From an uncultured archaeon (GTDB lineage Archaea > Iainarchaeota > Iainarchaeia > Iainarchaeales > JAAZKV01): DNA of 32,000 nucleotides. Position 1 is the first letter of the stretch. Every line of letters starts with the position of its first letter. Of the stretch, positions 28,237-32,000 are shown in pieces. Under the pieces are notes generated by a model. The model was not told the DNA's origin, did not search any database, and saw only the letters and a program-made list of their open reading frames with translations. Both the position numbers and the translations under genes were made by a program. The stretch lies in the NCBI GenBank assembly GCA_964551375.1, contig CAZKBG010000001.1, positions 777,329 through 809,328 on the forward strand. The letters are read 5' to 3'.

Positions 28237-30372
28237 ATGAAAGAAGAAAAATACGCAGTTGAAAAGCTGGTTCTTGAGGCAAATGGATTTGAAAAATTTA
28301 ATCCAATGCAGGAGCAGTGCGTAAAAAAAGGATTCTCTAAAAGCCTTGTAGTGAGCGCGCCCACAGCAAGCGGAAAAACAATTGCAGCAGAACTTTTCAT
28401 GCTTCAAACAGTTTTAAATGAAAATAAAAAAGTTATTTACACCTGCCCCCTTCGCGCGCTTGCGGGAGAACATTACGCTGATTTTAAGAAAAAATACTCA
28501 AAACAAACTCCAACAACTCACATGAAGTTTGCGGTTTCCACAGGCGACCTTGACTCAAGCAGCTCGTATTTGAAAGGCTTTGATGTAATAATGACAACTT
28601 ATGAAAAACTTGCCTCATTGCTCCGCCACAAAGCAGAGTGGCTGAGCGAAGTCGGCGGAATAATAATTGATGAAATGCACGAGCTTGACTCAGACAGGGG
28701 ACCAGTTCTTGAAATTGCGCTAACTCAAATGCAAATAAACACGCCTTCAATAAAAGTGCTTGGATTAAGCGCAACAATTCCAAATGCCGCAGAGATGGCG
28801 AAATGGCTTAATGCCAATCTTGTTGAATCAGACTACCGCCCGACAAAACTTAGAGAAGGAATTTTATTTGAATCAAAAGTAGAGTTTAATGACAACACAA
28901 CCGAAAGCGGAAGCATGGAAGAAATAGTGGAAGCTAATCTTGCGAAAGAAAAACAAATGCTGGTTTTCATGAATGCAAGAAAACGAGCTGAATCAATGGC
29001 AAAGAAAATGGCTGAACTTACTACTAAAACAATTAATCCAAGCGAGAAAACAAAACTCCTAAAAATCGCTGATGAAGCGCTCAATGCGCTTGAAGTGCCT
29101 ACTGAACAATGCACTTCCCTTGCGGGGCTGATAAAACACGGTGCTGCTTTTCACCATGCTGGACTTGTTGGAAAACAACGCGAACTGGTGGAAGAAAACT
29201 TTAGAAACGGACTACTTAGAATATTATGCGCAACCCCTACCCTTGCGGCCGGAGTAAACACGCCTGCTGATATTGTAATAATTCCAAGCCTTTATAGATT
29301 TGAAAAATTTGGAATGGATTTAATTGCAGTAAGAGAGTACAAGCAAATGGCTGGAAGAAGCGGAAGACCAAAATTCTCAACTGAAGGGAAAAGCATTGCG
29401 CTCGCTACAAGCGAAGCGCAAAAAGATATGTTCATGGAAAAATATGTGAACGGAAAAGTAGAGGCGATAATATCAAGACTTGGAATAATACCAGTGCTTC
29501 GAACACACATACTTGCGCTCATTGCAACTGATTATATTCAGGATATTAAAACAATTGAATCATTTTTTGAAAGAACGCTTTACTCGCACCAGCTTCAAAA
29601 TATGGGCGAGTTAATCGACAATGTTCTTGAAATAATTAATGATCTTGAAGAATTTGGATTTGTAAAACGAGAAGGCGAAAAATTTCGCGCTACACTTATC
29701 GGCAAAAGGGTATCGGACTTATTTTTAGACCCTGAAAGCGCTCACGAATTAATTACCGCGCTAAAAGAAAAGAGAACTTTTACTCCTCTTTCATATATTT
29801 ACGCTTGGGTGAACTGCACAGAGTTCTCCCCATGGATGAATCCACCAGCAAAAGCAAAGCCATTAATTCTTGAAGAAATGAGCGGAAGGGCTGATGAGCT
29901 TCCATTCAGACAGGAAAAAACTTTATTTGAGCCTGAAGCAATAGAAAAATTCTTTTCAGCTATGATGCTTGAACAATGGATAAATGAAAAGCACGAAAGC
30001 GAGCTTTTTACAAACTACGGGCTTGCGCCTGGATTATTGTTTGGAAAAACACAGATAATTGAATGGCTTTCCTATGCAACAATTGAACTTTCAAAAGTAA
30101 TGGGACTTGAAAAACACTTAATTAATTCCCAAAAACTGGGAAGAAGAGCAAAGTACGGCGTTAAAGAAGAACTTTTGATGCTTGTTGAGCTGAAGGGAAT
30201 TGGAAGAGTTAGAGCAAGAAAATTATTTTCTGCTGGAATAAAGAAGCCAAGCGAAGCAAAGGCTAATATTGCCAAAGTTGAAGCAATTTTAGGCAAAAAA
30301 GTGGCTGATTCAATCAAAGCCCAGCTTAAATTTGAAGCCGAAGGCGCAAAAACCTCCCAAAATACGCTTTAA
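28237..30372 (+). CDS. Ski2-like superfamily 2 DNA helicase, Hel308-like
   Basis: SAPTASGKTIAAELF (Walker A), DEMHEL (DExH), LGLSATIPNAAEMAKWL, HHAGLVGKQRELVEENFRNGLLRILCATPTLAAGVNTPA, QMAGRSGRPKF, C-terminal HhH-like ELKGIGRVRARKLFSAGI. Confidence 0.9.
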   Translation: MKEEKYAVEKLVLEANGFEKFNPMQEQCVKKGFSKSLVVSAPTASGKTIAAELFMLQTVLNENKKVIYTCPLRALAGEHYADFKKKYSKQTPTTHMKFAVSTGDLDSSSSYLKGFDVIMTTYEKLASLLRHKAEWLSEVGGIIIDEMHELDSDRGPVLEIALTQMQINTPSIKVLGLSATIPNAAEMAKWLNANLVESDYRPTKLREGILFESKVEFNDNTTESGSMEEIVEANLAKEKQMLVFMNARKRAESMAKKMAELTTKTINPSEKTKLLKIADEALNALEVPTEQCTSLAGLIKHGAAFHHAGLVGKQRELVEENFRNGLLRILCATPTLAAGVNTPADIVIIPSLYRFEKFGMDLIAVREYKQMAGRSGRPKFSTEGKSIALATSEAQKDMFMEKYVNGKVEAIISRLGIIPVLRTHILALIATDYIQDIKTIESFFERTLYSHQLQNMGELIDNVLEIINDLEEFGFVKREGEKFRATLIGKRVSDLFLDPESAHELITALKEKRTFTPLSYIYAWVNCTEFSPWMNPPAKAKPLILEEMSGRADELPFRQEKTLFEPEAIEKFFSAMMLEQWINEKHESELFTNYGLAPGLLFGKTQIIEWLSYATIELSKVMGLEKHLINSQKLGRRAKYGVKEELLMLVELKGIGRVRARKLFSAGIKKPSEAKANIAKVEAILGKKVADSIKAQLKFEAEGAKTSQNTL

Positions 30373-30515
30373 TTTTTTCAACTAACTCAGCTCGCTTAAC
30401 TTAACTTGCAAAAAGCCAAAAACAGCCAAGGCAGGAAGCAAATTTTGGTTTAAAGTAAGCTTTATTAAGAACAATTCACTTATTTTTCCAACAAGCTAGG
30501 GCAATTTGTGGTTGG

Positions 30516-32000
30516 ATGGATTTATCTGCAATAACAGAACCTTTCAAGAATTTCTATTACAAACTTGAAGACAAATGGTACGACTTTCTTGACTATTTGA
30601 GCAACTATGTTCCAGTATACAAAGTAATTGACCCAATTGACAGCGTAGTGCCAAGCTTTGTAGTATTTTTGCTCGTTATATTATTTTTGATAGTGCTTGG
30701 AGCATACTTGATGCAGTTTGGCTCAAATTATGAAATTGAATTCCACACAGTTGATTCAAAAACAAGCGCTGATTTAAGCGATGTTACAATTTACGGCGAA
30801 ATAAACGCGGCTAATTTTGACGAAGTCACTGATGCTGAAGGAATGGCAATAGTCCGTCTTGACAGCGGAAGCAAGAACCTCTTTGACCAGATAGGTGAAA
30901 TGATTTTCGGGGCAGAACCAGTCGAGTTTTATGCAATTGTTTCAGCGGAAAAAGCAGGATACAACAGCATTGCAGATAAAGAAGTTGACATTTCCACAAA
31001 AAGAGCAACAATCTCAATGGTGAAAAAAGATAGCACAGGCCCAAATGACCCAATACATCTTGAAGACGATTATCCAAACAGCACAAGAGTGACTTTAGTT
31101 GATTCGCTTACTGATGATCCAATAGTTGATAATACCGGAAGCGCATATGTAAGATTTAACTGCGCGAACAAAGCAACAGGCGCAAAAACCGCAAAAGATA
31201 TTGATGACGGCGACCTTGACGGAGTATTTTTGCTTAATTCAGAAAAATGCCAGTTTGTGGTAACAAATGCTTACACTACTGGATACGAGTCTCCAACAAA
31301 CCTTCCAAGAACTCTTCCTACTGCAATAAGCGAGCACAAAATCTCGATGTCAAAAATAAGATCGGCTCCAGGCGGAACAATAAAAGTATATGCTTATGAA
31401 AAAAATTCAAGCCCTGAAAAACCAATCCCAAGAGTTCAGGTAACTTTACTTGACAAATACAATATCAATGCAGGAAGAAAATTGACTGACAACAGCGGAG
31501 TTGCGGTATTTACTGACATTGATTCTGGAACTTACACAATAATTGCGGCAAGCCCCGACAGCAACTATGCATCAATACGCGTTGATGAAAATGTTTCAAT
31601 CACAGCAGTTGCAGGCGCTACAAGAGAAAAGAAAGTATACCTTGAAAGAATTGACCCAACTTTAGTAAGATTTGTTAAAGTACAGCTAAAGGACTCAAAC
31701 ACTTTAAGCATAATAAGAGACGCAAAAGCATTTGTTCAGGAAATAAGAAGATCAGGAAGCACATACTCGCTTGCCCCTCTTGCAGGATGCTTAAATGAAT
31801 GCATAAGCGACTCAAACGGAATAATAAAAGTAACAGGATTAATGAACGACGACGCAAACAAAGTTTTAATGATTGTGAATAAACCAGGGTATGTGATAAA
31901 AATATTCAAACCAATTCTGGTAAAATCAATCGACCCTCCGACAGTAGAATATCTTGAAGAAATTAACTCAACAAATTCAGGACAGGCAAGAGTGACAGTG
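30516..32000 (+). CDS. N-terminal part of a large single-TM surface protein with Ig-like/carboxypeptidase-regulatory-like repeats (3' end outside window)
   Basis: Open frame for 495 codons to the window edge: MDLSAITEPFKNFYYKLEDKWYDFLDYL…VPSFVVFLLVILFLIVLGAYLMQFG (one TM), then extracellular repeats such as PIPRVQVTLLDKYNINAGRKLTDNSGVAVFTDIDSGTYTI. Confidence 0.8.
   Translation, partial: MDLSAITEPFKNFYYKLEDKWYDFLDYLSNYVPVYKVIDPIDSVVPSFVVFLLVILFLIVLGAYLMQFGSNYEIEFHTVDSKTSADLSDVTIYGEINAANFDEVTDAEGMAIVRLDSGSKNLFDQIGEMIFGAEPVEFYAIVSAEKAGYNSIADKEVDISTKRATISMVKKDSTGPNDPIHLEDDYPNSTRVTLVDSLTDDPIVDNTGSAYVRFNCANKATGAKTAKDIDDGDLDGVFLLNSEKCQFVVTNAYTTGYESPTNLPRTLPTAISEHKISMSKIRSAPGGTIKVYAYEKNSSPEKPIPRVQVTLLDKYNINAGRKLTDNSGVAVFTDIDSGTYTIIAASPDSNYASIRVDENVSITAVAGATREKKVYLERIDPTLVRFVKVQLKDSNTLSIIRDAKAFVQEIRRSGSTYSLAPLAGCLNECISDSNGIIKVTGLMNDDANKVLMIVNKPGYVIKIFKPILVKSIDPPTVEYLEEINSTNSGQARVTV

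Noticed and set aside
1-32000. Defence island, toxin-antitoxin, integrase/transposase or phage genes
   Set aside because: None of the translated ORFs carries recognisable nuclease, integrase, transposase, capsid or TA motifs. The helicase at 28237-30372 fits housekeeping Hel308-like proteins.

Overview
The window is a low-GC archaeal chromosomal segment. It is probably from a DPANN/Diapherotrites- or Micrarchaeota-like lineage, inferred from gene content only. Left third (1-11.1 kb): a tandem array of at least three paralogous secreted giant proteins built from GLUG-like 'YVGGLVG' repeats, each ending in the same ~250-aa C-terminal cassette, followed by a class III signal-peptide (type IV pilin-like) gene. 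Middle: a four-subunit 2-oxoacid (probably pyruvate):ferredoxin oxidoreductase operon, D-aminoacyl-tRNA deacylase, a fused ADP-forming acyl-CoA synthetase, purF, a dihydrouridine synthase, a small zinc-ribbon protein, and a two-gene membrane module with a DUF2207-like protein. Right: an HTH regulator divergent from a grpE-dnaK-dnaJ chaperone cluster, a Ski2/Hel308-like helicase, and the start of a large single-TM surface protein that runs off the window. The main unusual signals are (i) higher-order ~230-277-aa super-repeats inside the giant proteins, (ii) a Cys/His-rich metallothionein-like N-terminal insertion in GrpE, (iii) a divergent regulator whose gene is flanked by related GTTTAAAG-type repeats, including five 12-bp tandem units on one side, and (iv) small ORFs of 50 and 41 aa absent from the ORF track. 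I found no CRISPR array, tRNA, rRNA or clear mobile element.
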